The translations under genes were made by a program, and so were the position numbers. From Octopus vulgaris (taxonomy: Eukaryota): DNA of 64,000 bases. Every line of letters starts with the position of its first letter. Position 1 is the first letter of the stretch. Below are positions 49,134 to 61,221 of this stretch, in pieces. The notes below the pieces were generated by a model that saw only the letters and a list, made by a program, of their open reading frames with translations, ran no database searches and was not told the origin of the DNA. The stretch covers positions 37,944,001 to 38,008,000 of the forward strand of contig OX597827.1 in assembly GCA_951406725.2 (NCBI GenBank), written 5' to 3'.

Positions 49134-50205
49134 TGTTTCAGCCCGAAAGCTGCAGCCATGCTAGGGCACTACCGTTGAATGTACTACACTAGTATGTGAA
49201 ACCACCTCTGATACGTGGCACTTGCTCAACAAGTTCGACGCTCCTGCTGAGAGGTAGGTTCATCTGGAACCCCTGACAAGAAGAGATCGAGTTTAGTTTT
49301 AAAGAAACCCACATCCACACCATGCAGGTCTCTGAGGCATTTAGGAAAAATATTGAAGAGCTGTGGTCCCCTGAAACCCAAGCTGTTGCAGTATCTGGTC
49401 CTGTATTTTGATGGTGATGTTGGGATTTTTTTTTAGCCCCATGAAGTGGCGCCCTGCTCTGCTGTTGGGGTAACTTTCAATGACAAAATTCGGGACAAGG
49501 CCCTCCAGGATTTTCCAGATGTATATCACTGAATATCTCTCCTACCTTCGCTCCAGGGAGAAGAGTTTTAATACTTTCATGTCAGGGCCCAGGTCATGCA
49601 CTGATTTTGACTCAGGAATTGCAGTTCTTCCTGGGCCAGTGTATCCAGTTTGCATGTTCAGCTTTGTGTGCAGGTAGCGCAGGGCTTGGAACTTTCCTGT
49701 TGTTGTCCTCAGCCAACCTGTATATTGTATCCAACTCCTGTTGCAGATGTGCAGATGTGCAATATTTCCAGGGTTTTGTATTGTCTGAGAGAGTTTTGTG
49801 TCATCTGCATAGCTAGCAAGGGTGGCCATCTTAGCAACTGAGGGCATGGCTGAAAGGGCCACTATGAACAGCAGTGGCCCCAAGACAGTGCCCTGTGGAA
49901 CAACACTTGTTATTTGTGTTTCCTTGGAGGTGGCTCCATTGGCCATCACTGCCTGCCTTCTAACTTTTAGGAAGTTGTACAGCCATTCTCCAAGATTTCT
50001 GCCTATGCCGAGATCATGCAGTTTGTGACAGATCATGCCATGGTTGACTTTATCAGAGGCTTTTGCAAAGTCAAGATATATCACATTCACACTCGAGTCA
50101 TTTAGTAGCTGTTTTAACACTGTCATAGTGTTGCAGGAGCTGTGTTAGACAGCTTCTACCTGGTCAAAATCCATGGTGGGTGTCAGTCAGCAAGTCATTT
50201 TCTTC
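49134..50205 (-). mobile_element. CR1-like LINE 3' fragment with internal deletion
   Basis: IYLDFAKASDKVNH, VPQGTVLGPLLF, YADDTK, FSLERR, IYIWKILEGLVPN; 3' stem-loop cagctttcgggctgaaac. Confidence 0.88.
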
Positions 50206-50246
50206 AAGGAACATGCATATATGTATATGCATATATATACATATGC

Positions 50247-50301
<55 letters not shown>

Positions 50302-50383
50302 GGTCCCGGGTTGAGTCGGGGTTAACCACAGTAAATAAGGTACTCAATACATAGCACAGTAAATTAATTTATTATATAGAGGG

Positions 50384-50434
50384 AGCTTCTACAGGACTAG
50401 AACTGTTTCATTCAAAAGAAATCATCAGGAAGCT
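50384..50434 (-). ncRNA. Type I hammerhead ribozyme motif within a Penelope-like repeat (about 50300-50640)
   Basis: AGCUUC-CUGAUGA-U-UUC(UUUU)GAA-U-GAAA-CAG(UUCUAGUC)CUG-UA-GAAGCU: intact core, 6-bp stem I, GUA cleavage triplet. Confidence 0.8.
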
Positions 50435-50667
50435 AGTTGACAAGAGTTGTTTTGGCATTTATACATTTAGGCAGGTTTAAAGGGGTGGTGGCGGGGGACT
50501 TTTTGGGGGTAGGCATAGCGCAAACTATCATTCTTAGGGGAGTGGTCAAAGGAATCGGTGGTAAAGTAGATAAAAGAATAAATAAAAGTATAAAAGAATA
50601 AATAGAAAAATAGAGTTTTAGGTAAATAAGGAGACTCTCACTTATACACATACATACATATATACAC

Positions 50668-50724
<57 letters not shown>

Positions 50725-51944
50725 CATATATGCACACACATGTCCATATACACACACATACACGCTTGTCCTGGCGTGTCTCTGGATCATGTCAACAGGG
50801 TGCAAAGGATCAGTAAGGGGTCAGCCAAGCCTTATTGGATTTAAAATTCTAGGTTGTACAATCGCTAGGTAAGTGTCATTTACGATACTTGGTCAATTAG
50901 GTGTGCCCTGCGGCATGCATGAAGGCCACAGCTGCGAATCTGAATAAAGCTGACCATGAACACAATACTACTTAGAACTGTCCTTGCAGAAATTTCACAT
51001 GGTAGATGGTCATTGATGGCCTTTTTTACTCATGAGTGGATAACCATCGTCATCTTCACCATATATACATACACGAAAAATTCATGTTTACATATATACA
51101 TAACTACAAACAATCATACATACACGTATAAATCCAAACATAGGTATACACACACACACATATGTGTGCAAACGTAAACAACAACATACTTAAATACAAA
51201 TACAACTGTACACATACACCCACGTACATTCATACACATGTATTTATATCCGTATATATGTACATATACATAGCTATCTGCGTACCTGCCATTTCTTACA
51301 CAATGAAACACACATTCAAATGCTGACTCACTATTTCTTTTCTTTAACAATTCTAAAATATCTCAATTTATTGTCATTGAATTTCTTATCCCTATTCAAA
51401 TCTTAGGTCAACCTTTTCCGTCAATTTAGAAACACGTATGTATGAATGTATGTGGGTGTATGTATTTAGAAAAAATAGGTAAGACCGAAATATGTATACG
51501 CTCACACCTATCCATCAATTCATCTATCTGTCTATACATACATGCATATACTCATATATACATATATATATAAATTGAATGTATATACATATAAGTATAT
51601 AATTAGGGGATATGTTAACCTTGTGAAGGGATGGTTGCATTCAAGGAAACACTGGTATTTTGGGGCAATGAAATACCTTTAAAACAATAGGTATATATTA
51701 AGAATATAGTTTATATCCATTTCAAAAAAGAAAAGAAAATGGAGATAAGGAAGTTGATAGTTGTTTATTGCTTACAAAGTGGTCATCTTCGCTGCTTACA
51801 ATTGTTTCAATAAATTAATTTACAAATTTGTACATTAATATTGCATTTATGTGACATGAGTATAATTTCATCAGAGAAAAAAAGCTGCTCCTTTTGATGT
51901 TATATATGGACCCATCTTCTTTTTTCCTTTTAAATGGATATAAA

Positions 51945-52060
<116 letters not shown>

Positions 52061-52124
52061 GTATGTATATATATATATATGTGTGTGTGTGTATGTATAT
52101 GTATATATCTGTACATGTCTCTCA

Positions 52125-52462
52125 TTGGACACTAAACTTCGCTTGCGAGGACCTGTTGAGGCAAGTGAAATCAAATTCGTTGAGATGACCGATGATAGCA
52201 CCGCCTGACTGGCAACCACACCAGTGGAATACTAAAAGCACCATCCAAGCATGAACGTTGCCAGTACCGCTGTACTGGCTCCTGTTCAGGTGGCATGTAA
52301 AAAACACCATTTGAGTGTGGCTATTGGCAGTACCACATGACTGGCTCTCGTGCCAGTGGCACATAAAAGCACCCATTACACTCTTGGAGTGGTAGGTGTT
52401 AGGAGGGCATCCAGCGGTAGAAACCCTACCTGTTCAGATAGGAGCCTGGTGCAGCCTTCTGG
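52125..52462 (+). mobile_element. RTE 3' UTR fragment
   Basis: Matches about 28740-29260 of the long RTE. Confidence 0.8.
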
Positions 52463-52469
52463 GCAGGAT

Positions 52470-54120
52470 CTTCCAGAGATATATTTCTGCATACCTCTCC
52501 CGTCTTCTCTCCAGGGAGTAGAGTCTTAAGTGTTTCAAACTTTCCCAGTAGCTGAGCTGTTACAAAGAGACGATCTTCTTTGTGAATCTTCTCTGGATTG
52601 CTTCAAGGTCCACTGTTAATTTCACACTGGTGGGTGACCGTAGCTGTGAGCAATAATCTAGGCGACTGAGGACGAATGTCTGCTAGTGGACCATCATGGT
52701 TTCCTTATCTCTGGTTCGGAATGTTCTTAGGATCCATCCAGCCAGTCGTCTGCACTTTGTCGCCATCCTGGTAATGAGCACTTGGAAAGAGGTATCATCA
52801 CTCATGTCTATACCCAGGTCCCTCACTGACTTAGGCTCTGGGGTTGAAATTCCCTGTGGACCAGTGTACCCTGTAAGTTAGGTTTTGATGCTGGTGGCGC
52901 AGGGCTTGGAATTTTTTGGCATTAACCCTTTCGTTACCAAACCGCCCAAAGCCGCCCGAAAAAATTTTGGTTAATGTGACCAAACAGCCCAAAGCCGCCC
53001 CAAAAAATTTTGGTTAATGTGACCAAACCACCCAAAGCTGCCCGAATTTGCCTATTCATATTTAAATGAGAATATCAGAGCAAATCTCTTTCGTACATTC
53101 ATGAAAACACGTAATTATACTTCGTAAACAGTTCATCTACAGTTTTGTACAAAGATCGACGTGTAATTTTAATTCCCTGAATTTTGGGAGATTTTTTTCC
53201 ACATTTTTTTCGAAATGGATTGGAGTTTCATGTTATCAAGCATTGATTCTGATTTGGAAAATTTGTGAAGCAAATACTGGGTACTGTTGTGGATTTAGAT
53301 TTTATACAGGGAAACTAATGTTAGTCAGCATGGCTTAGGGTATGATGTGGTCTGGAAGTTATTGTTTGAAGCGATCAATGCGGAAACAAACTTACGTAAA
53401 ATGTAAACAAAGACAAAATGGGGGTTCAAATTTCGGAAAATTTTTGAAGCAAATACTGGGTACTGTTGTGGATTTAGTTTTTATACAGGGAAAATAATGT
53501 TAGTCATCATGGCCTAGGGAACGATGTGGTCTGGAATTTATCACTTCCATACCATAACCAGAGCCGTATATTATTTTTTGACCGATTTCTTTAGTTCGGT
53601 CAAACTTGCGGTGAATTCCAGTATTTCACTTTATTCCACCTTTATGGTACATCTGTTGTGCATTAAATTCAACTGATGATATAGTGATGTGCACAATACT
53701 TCTTTATCAAAATTTTGTTGCATACCCATTTGAATATTAGCTGATGATTCAGTTTCTATGGTGATGTTGAAACAAAATTTTAGTATTTTTACCTTTTGCT
53801 CAATTTAAAATTATAATATTTTTACCTTTTGCTCAATTTACCTCGATTTACCTGTAATTAAAGTCACTTTGAGACAAAAGTTATGCAATAGAATTAATTA
53901 AGAAACCTTTCTTTAATTATGTTCCAAATATTACATTAATATGTTGATAAGTAAAAAAGTTACAGTTATTTAATGAAACAAGTCTAGATTCATGATTATT
54001 TTAGAATTTAATTGAAACTCATGAGGGGTGTATTTTAGTCAGAAATATAGTAATGAAAGGGTTAAACTGCATATTATTATCCTCAGCCAATCTATAAATG
54101 GAGTCCAACTCCTGCTGCTT
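52470..54120 (-). mobile_element. CR1-like LINE fragment split by a piggyBac-type element
   Basis: LEAIQRRFTKKI, SYWESLKHLRLYSLERRRERY on the minus strand (52470-52921); similarity resumes at 54066-54120. Confidence 0.8.
52926..54061. mobile_element. Non-autonomous piggyBac-type element
   Basis: TTAA|CCCTTTCGTTAC ... GTAATGAAAGGG|TTAA; subterminal about 43-bp tandem repeats 52937-53045; internal about 105-bp direct repeat. Confidence 0.88.
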
Positions 54121-54138
54121 ATACATATACCTATAGAC

Positions 54139-54564
<426 letters not shown>

Positions 54565-54566
<2 letters not shown>

Positions 54567-55052
54567 TGTTTTATGATCTAAAATGCTCCAGCTAGGGCGT
54601 GGTTGAACAAATCTTACGAAATTGAACCATATTCATTATTGAATAGAAATCTAATCTGTTTCTCCTCTAAATATTTAACTTTCGAAGTAAAGCGGCAACG
54701 TGACTTAACTATGAAAATGAGAGGGAGAGACTAAGAGTGAGAGGGCGGGGAGGGAGGGAGAGGCAGACAGACAGGCAGAGGGTGGGTGCAATAAAGCATA
54801 GAGAGATATAACAACGCAACAACTAAAAAAATCGGACAATGCCTGTCTGTCTGCCTCTCCCTCCCTCCCCGCCCTCTCACTCTTAGTCTCTCCCTCTCAT
54901 TCTCATAGTTAAGTCACGTTGCCGCTTTACTTAGAAAGTTAAATATTTAGGGGAGAAAGAGATTAGATTTCTATTCAATAATGAATATGTTTCAATTTCG
55001 TAAGATTTGTTCAACCACGCCCTAGCTGGAGCATTTTAGTTCATAAAACATA
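54565..55052. mobile_element. Fold-back MITE: about 213-bp near-perfect inverted arms, 62-bp spacer, in (TA)n
   Basis: 54565-54777 is the reverse complement of 54840-55052 with few mismatches. Confidence 0.9.
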
Positions 55053-55357
55053 TATATATATATATATAATTTCAACAATTGAGGGTAAAATTAATTAATT
55101 AATTATTAATCAATTTCACCAAGTGTTCAGTATGTAAAGGGACCATTTAAGGCGAATTCAAATTATTACATTATATAAAAGGGCTTAGTAAAATAAATTA
55201 CTTTGCCACATACTGAACTCATTAGAAATAGTAGCTAAAAAAACTTTTTTAAAACTATTTCTAATACTTAAAGAAAATCTCTCATATAGTGTTTGCTCAA
55301 TTCAACTCACGAAAGTATGGGGGTAAAGACATTAAAAAATCAAATGCAAAGGTTATT

Positions 55358-55410
55358 TGAGAACGTACGTTTCAAGATTAGTCAAACTCGACATTTCTAT
55401 CATCAGCGCA
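55358..55410 (-). ncRNA. Minimal type I hammerhead motif, copy 1 (stem I mismatch)
   Basis: ugcg-CUGAUGA-stem II-GAAA-CGUACG-UU-cuca. Confidence 0.55.
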
Positions 55411-55924
55411 GAACTCCTTGATTTGGATTTGAAAACACTGAAAGTGGGAGCATACCCTTTCGGCTTCTTATCGCTTCTGAAGATCTGCTCGAAACTAACA
55501 GTGCCAGCACACCCAAAATATGCAAGCGAAGAATTTCTGCTCTCCCCTTTCCACCAGCGTGGGTTAAAATCAGCAAACACTATGCTTTTTCGGTAAATCC
55601 GTAACATTAAATAGAGAGAGATGAATTATAATTTCAACAATTGAGGGTAAAATTAATTAATTAATTATTAATCAATTTCACCAAGTGTTCAGTATGTAAA
55701 GGGACCATTTAAGGCGAATTCAAATTATTACATTATATAAAAGGGCTTAGTAAAATAAATTACTTTGCCACATACTGAACTCATTAGAAATAGTAGCTAA
55801 AAAAAAAAACTTTTTTAAAACTATTTCTAATACTTAAAGAAAATCTCTCTCATATAGTGTTTGCTCAATTCAACTCACGAAAGTATGGGGTAAAGACATT
55901 AAAAAATCAAATGCAAAAGTTATT

Positions 55925-55977
55925 TGAGAACGTACGTTTCAAGATTAGTCAAACTCGACATTTCTATCATCAGCTCA
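55925..55977 (-). ncRNA. Minimal type I hammerhead motif, copy 2
   Basis: ugag-CUGAUGA-U-AGA..GUC(GAGUUU)GAC..UCU-U-GAAA-CGUACG-UU-cuca. Confidence 0.65.
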
Positions 55978-56379
55978 GAACTCTTTGGTTTGGATTTGAA
56001 AACACTGAAAGTGGGAGCATACCCTTTCGGCTTCTTATCGCTTCTGAAGATCTGCTCGAAACTAACAGTGCCAGCACACCCAAAATATGCAAGCGAAGAA
56101 TTTCTGCTCTCCCCTTTCCACCAGCGTGGGTTAAAATCAGCAAACACTATGCTTTTTCGGTAAATCCGTAACATTAAATAGAGAGAGATGAATTATAATT
56201 TCAACAATTGAGGGTAAAATTAATTAATTAATTATTAATCAATTTCACCAAGTGTTCAGTATGTGTTCATATTTTGGGTGTGCTGGCACTGTTAGTTTCG
56301 AGCAGATCTTCAGAAGCGATAAGAAGCCGAAAGGGTATGCTCCCACTTTCAGTGTTTTCAAATCCAAACCAAGGAGTTC

Positions 56380-56432
56380 TGAGCTGATGATAGAAATGTC
56401 GAGTTTGACTAATCTTGAAACGTACGTTCTCA
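56380..56432 (+). ncRNA. Minimal type I hammerhead motif, copy 3
   Basis: CTGATGA 56384-56390, GAAA 56417-56420, palindrome AACGTACGTT, stem I tgag/ctca. Confidence 0.65.
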
Positions 56433-56944
56433 AATAACCTTTGCATTTGATTTTTTAATGTCTTTACCCCCATACTTTCGTGAGTTGAATTGAGCAAACA
56501 CTATATGAGAGAGATTTTCTTTAAGTATTAGAAATAGTTTTAAAAAAGTTCTTTTAGCTACTATTTCTAATGAGTTCAGTATGTGGCAAAGTAATTTATT
56601 TTACTAAGCCCCTTTTATATAATGTAATAATTTGAATTCGCCTTAAATGGTCCCTTTACATACTGAACACTTGGTGAAATTGATTAATAATTAATTAATT
56701 AATTTTACCCTCAATTGTGGAAATTATAATTCATCTCTCTCTATTTAATGTTACGGATTTAACGAAAAAGCATAGTGTTTGCTGATTTTAACCCACGCTG
56801 GTGGAAAGGGGAGAGCAGAAATTCTTCGCTTGCATATTTTGGGTGTGCTGGCACTGTTAGTTTCGAGCAGATCTTCAGAAGCGATAAGAAGCCGAAAGGG
56901 TATGCTCCCACTTTCAGTGTTTTCAAATCCAAACCAAGGAGTTC

Positions 56945-56997
56945 TGAGCTGATGATAGAAATGTCGAGTTTGACTAATCTTGAAACGTACGTTCTCA
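56945..56997 (+). ncRNA. Minimal type I hammerhead motif, copy 4
   Basis: Identical to copy 3, 565 bp downstream. Confidence 0.65.
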
Positions 56998-57180
56998 AAT
57001 AACCTTTGCATTTGATTTTTTAATGTCTTTACCCCCATACTTTCGTGAGTTGAATTGAGCAAACACTATATGAGAGAGATTTTCTTTAAGTATTAGAAAT
57101 AGTTTTAAAAAAGTTCTTTTAGCTACTATTTCTAATGAGTTCAGTATGTGGCAAAGTAATTTATTTTACTAAGCCCCTTT

Positions 57181-57244
<64 letters not shown>

Positions 57245-59426
57245 TCATCATCATCATCATCATCATTTAGCGTCCGTTTTCCATGCTAGCATGGGTTGGA
57301 CGGTTCTACTGGGGTCTGTGAAGCCGGAAGTCTGCATCAGGCCCAGTCAGATCTGGCAGTGTTTCTACGGCTGGATGCCCTTCCTAACGCCAACCACTCC
57401 GTGAGTGTAGTAGGTGCTTTTTACATGCCACCCGCACAGGTGCCAGACGGAGCTGGCAAACGGCCACGAACGGATGGTGCTTTTACGTGCCACTGGCACA
57501 GGGGCCGGGCGAGGCTGGCAATGGACATGAGCGGATGGTGCTTTTTACGTGCCACCGGCACGGGGGCCAGGCGAGGCTGGCAGCAGACACGAACGGAAGG
57601 TGCTTTTATGTGCCACCGGCACGGAGGCCAGTTGGGGCGGCGCCGGCAACGGCCACGATCGGATTGTTCGCTTAACCACAGCTGCAACTTCCACTGATGC
57701 TGATCGACCTCAATTTTGGTTCTGCTTTCTGATATCTGATTTGATTTGGTTTGATTTTCATTTTGATTTTGATTCTGACTGTTCTCATTGGTCTTGCCGG
57801 GTCTTCTCACGCACAGCATACTTCCAAAGGTCTCGGTTCCTTAGTGAGACCTAAAGTTCGAAGGTCGTGCTTCACCACCTCGTCCCAGGTTTTCCTGGGT
57901 CTACCTCTTCCACAGGTCCCCTCAACTGCCAGGGTGTGGCACTTTTTCACACCCCTATCTTCATCCATTCTCGCCACATGACCATACCAGCGCAATCGTC
58001 TCTCTTGCACACAACAACTGATGCTTCTTAGGTCCAACTTTTCTCTCAAGGTACTTACACTCTGTCGATTATGAACACTGACATTACACATCCATCGGAG
58101 CATACTAGCTTCATTTCTTGCGAGCTTACGCAAATCCTCAGCAGTCACAGCCCATGTTTCACTACCATGTAGCATGGCTGTACGTACACATGCATCATAC
58201 AGTCTGCCTTTTACTCTGAGCGAGAGGCCTTTTGTCACCAGCAGGGGTTAAGAGCTCTATAAACTTTGCCCAGGCTATTCTTGCTCTAGCAGTTACACTT
58301 TCAGCACACCCACCCCCGCTACTGACTTGGTCACCTAGGTAACGGAAGCTATCAACTACTTCTAGTTTTTCTCCCTGGAACGTGGTAGAAGTTGGTCTCT
58401 GCATATTTTCAGAGTTTATTGTTCCTGAGCATCTGCCACAGATAAAAACTATTTTCCTAGTTAGTCTTCCTTTGACATTACTACATCTCTTATGTGTCCA
58501 TAGCTTACATTTAGTGCATCTTATAGAGTTTCTACCTACGCCTTTTCTACAGATCAAGCAGGGCCATCTACCTGAAGGCGTTTGTGATTGGTCTACTTTC
58601 CTACATATTAGGACTTTGGTTTTGGCTAGGTTGATTCTAAGGCCCTTCGATTCTAAACCTTGCTTCCACACCTGAAACTTCTCCTCCAGTTCTGATAGAG
58701 ACTCAGCAATTAGAGCAAGGTCATCAGCATAGAGAAGCTCCCAGGGGCATCCTGTCTTGAATTCCTCCGTTATTGCCTGGAGGACTATGATAAATAGGAG
58801 GGGACTGAGGACTGAACCTTGGTGGACCCCAACCTCTACCCTGAATTCTTCACTGTACTCGATGCCAACCCTCACCTTGCTAGCAGCATCTCTGTACATG
58901 GCTTGTACAGCTCTCACTAACCATTCATCTATCCCTAGTTTCCTCATTGACCACCAGATAAGAGATCGGGGGACCCTGTCGAAGGCTTTCTCCATATCAA
59001 CAAAAGCCAGGTATTGGGGCTTGTCTTTGGCTAGGTATTTCTCCTGCAGCTGTCTTACCAGGAATATAGCATCAGTAGTATTTTTCCCTGGCACGAACCC
59101 AAACTGCATCTCATCTAAGCTAACTCTCTCTCTAATTAGTTGGGCTATAAACCTCTCCGTAACCTTCATTACCTGATCCAACAGCTTGATACCCCTGTAG
59201 TTATTTGTATCAAGGGCGTCACCTTTACCTTTGTAACAGTTGACTATTATGCTGCTACACCAGTCATTGGGTATGACTCCTTCGTGTATCACCTGGTTAA
59301 CTATACGAGTGACTAGGCTATAGCCGACACTACCAGATATTTTGAGCATCTCTGCAGTAATTCCTGATGGGCCTGGGGCTTTCCCTGTTTTCATGCTTGT
59401 AATTGCCTTAACTACTAAGGAACTGT
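57245..59426 (-). mobile_element. 5'-truncated, little-decayed RTE LINE (RT, PHD, C-terminus, 3' UTR, tail)
   Basis: ORF 58195-59541 holds the complete RT (QFGF, DMEKAFD, HQGSVLSPLLF, YADD, FRYLG); frameshift near 58245; (CAT)n at 57245-57266. Confidence 0.96.
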
Positions 59427-59491
59427 TCCTTTCTGATAGATTTTTTCCTCTTATCTGCATGATAAGAGGAAAAAATCTATCAGAAAGGAAC
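59425..59491. repeat. Perfect 31-bp inverted repeat with 5-nt loop
   Basis: gttcctttctgatagattttttcctcttatc-tgcat-gataagaggaaaaaatctatcagaaaggaac. Confidence 0.95.
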
Positions 59492-59936
59492 TCTAATCTC
59501 TCTTTAAAAAATATATTTTGATAAGCATAACAAATGCGCAACCGGAAAAAAGAACTTTCACCTAATTAAATTACTTAAATTACTTAAATTATTTTGTCAG
59601 CATTTTCTTCATTTCCTTTTTTATATATCACAACTCGTGTTCCACTTCTCCTTTTTTAAATATATATATATATATATATATATGATCGTTGTGGTCCTCA
59701 ATAAAGAGTCCTGTGAATTCCATTTTCTGTCTATTTTATATATATGAAAGCATTTGGTGGGGGGGGGGGGACATCTCTGAGCTCTGCCTATACTGTTTTA
59801 CATTTATTTACAATATATCCAGGTTTTCTGTTACATTGTAAGGTTTATTTGTTTTAGGTGGAATTGATATTTGTTGTCTCTAAGTAGGGTGTGGTTGGCT
59901 TTTGCAAACATTTCACATGAGTATAAATGGGTGTTA

Positions 59937-59989
<53 letters not shown>

Positions 59990-59992
<3 letters not shown>

Positions 59993-60155
59993 GCAGGAGT
60001 GGCTGTGTGGTAAGTAGCTTGCTAACCAACCACATGGTTCCAGGTTCAGTCCCACTGCGTGGCACTTTGGGCAAGTGTCTTCTGCTATAGCCCCGGGCCG
60101 ACCAATGTCTTGTGAGTGGATTTGGTAGACGGAAACTGAAAGAAGCCCATCGTAT
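59990..60155 (+). mobile_element. tRNA-derived SINE 5' half
   Basis: Matches 62615-62780. Confidence 0.85.
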
Positions 60156-60196
60156 ATATGTATATATATATGTGTGTGTGTGTGTGTGTACATACA

Positions 60197-61221
60197 TAGT
60201 AGTTGATAGCTTCTGTTACCTAGGTAACCAAGTCAGTAGTGGGGAGCGGGTGTGCTGAAAGTGTAACTACTAGAATAAGAATAGCCTGGGCAAAGTTCAG
60301 AGAACCCTTACCTCTGCTGGTGACAAAGGGCCTCTCACTCAGAGTAAAAGGCAGACTGTATGACGCATGTGTACAAACAGCCATACTACATGGCAGTGAA
60401 ACATGGGCCGTGACTGCTGAGGACATGCGTAAGCTCGCAAGGAATGAAGCCAGTATGCTCCGATGGATGTGTAATGTCAGTGTACATACTCGACAGAGTG
60501 TAAGTACCTTGAGAGAAAAGTTGGACCTAAGAAGCATCAGATGGGGTGTGCAAGAGAGACAATTGCGCTAGTATGGTCATGTAGCGAGAATGGATGAAGA
60601 TAGTTGTGTTAAAAAGTGCCACACCCTAGTGGTTGAGGGAATCTGTGGAAGAGGTAGACCCAGGAAAACCTGGGATGAGGTGGTAAAGCACGACCTTTGA
60701 ACATTAGGCCTCACCGTGGCAATGACTAGTGACTGAGACCTTTGGAAATATGCTGTGTGGGAGAAGACCCTGCAGGACAAATGAGACCATAACTCAAGGC
60801 CTTTATCAGGGATGTAGCCAGCCCACTTATGCATACCTTTCCTTCTTTGGACACTAAACTCTGCTTGCGAAGACCTGTTGAGGCAAGTGAAATCGAAATT
60901 GAACCAAATTCGATGACTGCCACCTGTGCCAGTGGAGCGCTAACAGCTCCATCCAAGCAAGATCACTGCCAGAGCAGCTGTCATGTTTCCGTGCCGGTGG
61001 GCACGTAAAAATCACCATTTGAGTGTGATCGTTACCTGCATTGCCTTACTGGCACATGAACAAAACATTCGAGCGAGGTCATTACCAGTGCCCCTGGACT
61101 GACTCCTGTGCAGGTGGCACATAAAAAACACCATTTCGAGTGTGGCCGTTGCCAGTACCGCCAGACTGGCCCTCGTGCTAGTGGCACGTAAAAGCACCCA
61201 CTACACTTTCGGAGTGGTTGG
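60197..61221 (+). mobile_element. RTE LINE 3' fragment
   Basis: RIRIAWAKFRE, LHGSETWAVT, RGRPRKTW; 3' UTR repeats; tail missing. Confidence 0.9.

Larger units (their letters stand above)
55066..57187. repeat. Array of about 565-bp units, two-plus in tandem then inverted, each full unit with a hammerhead motif (Penelope pLTR/retrozyme-like)
   Basis: Units start about 55066, 55630, 56197 (partial); inversion point about 56265; reverse-complement units to 57187; flanked by (TA)n; no recognisable ORF. Confidence 0.92.

Noticed and set aside
55477-55505. Second hammerhead on the opposite strand of the 565-bp unit (CTGAAGA..GAAA)
   Set aside because: No stem II pairing, the triplet would be GUG, and there is no convincing stem I
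55353-57062. Repeated 60-104 aa ORFs in the array as proteins
   Set aside because: They occur in several overlapping frames, lack recognisable motifs and recur only because the DNA is repeated
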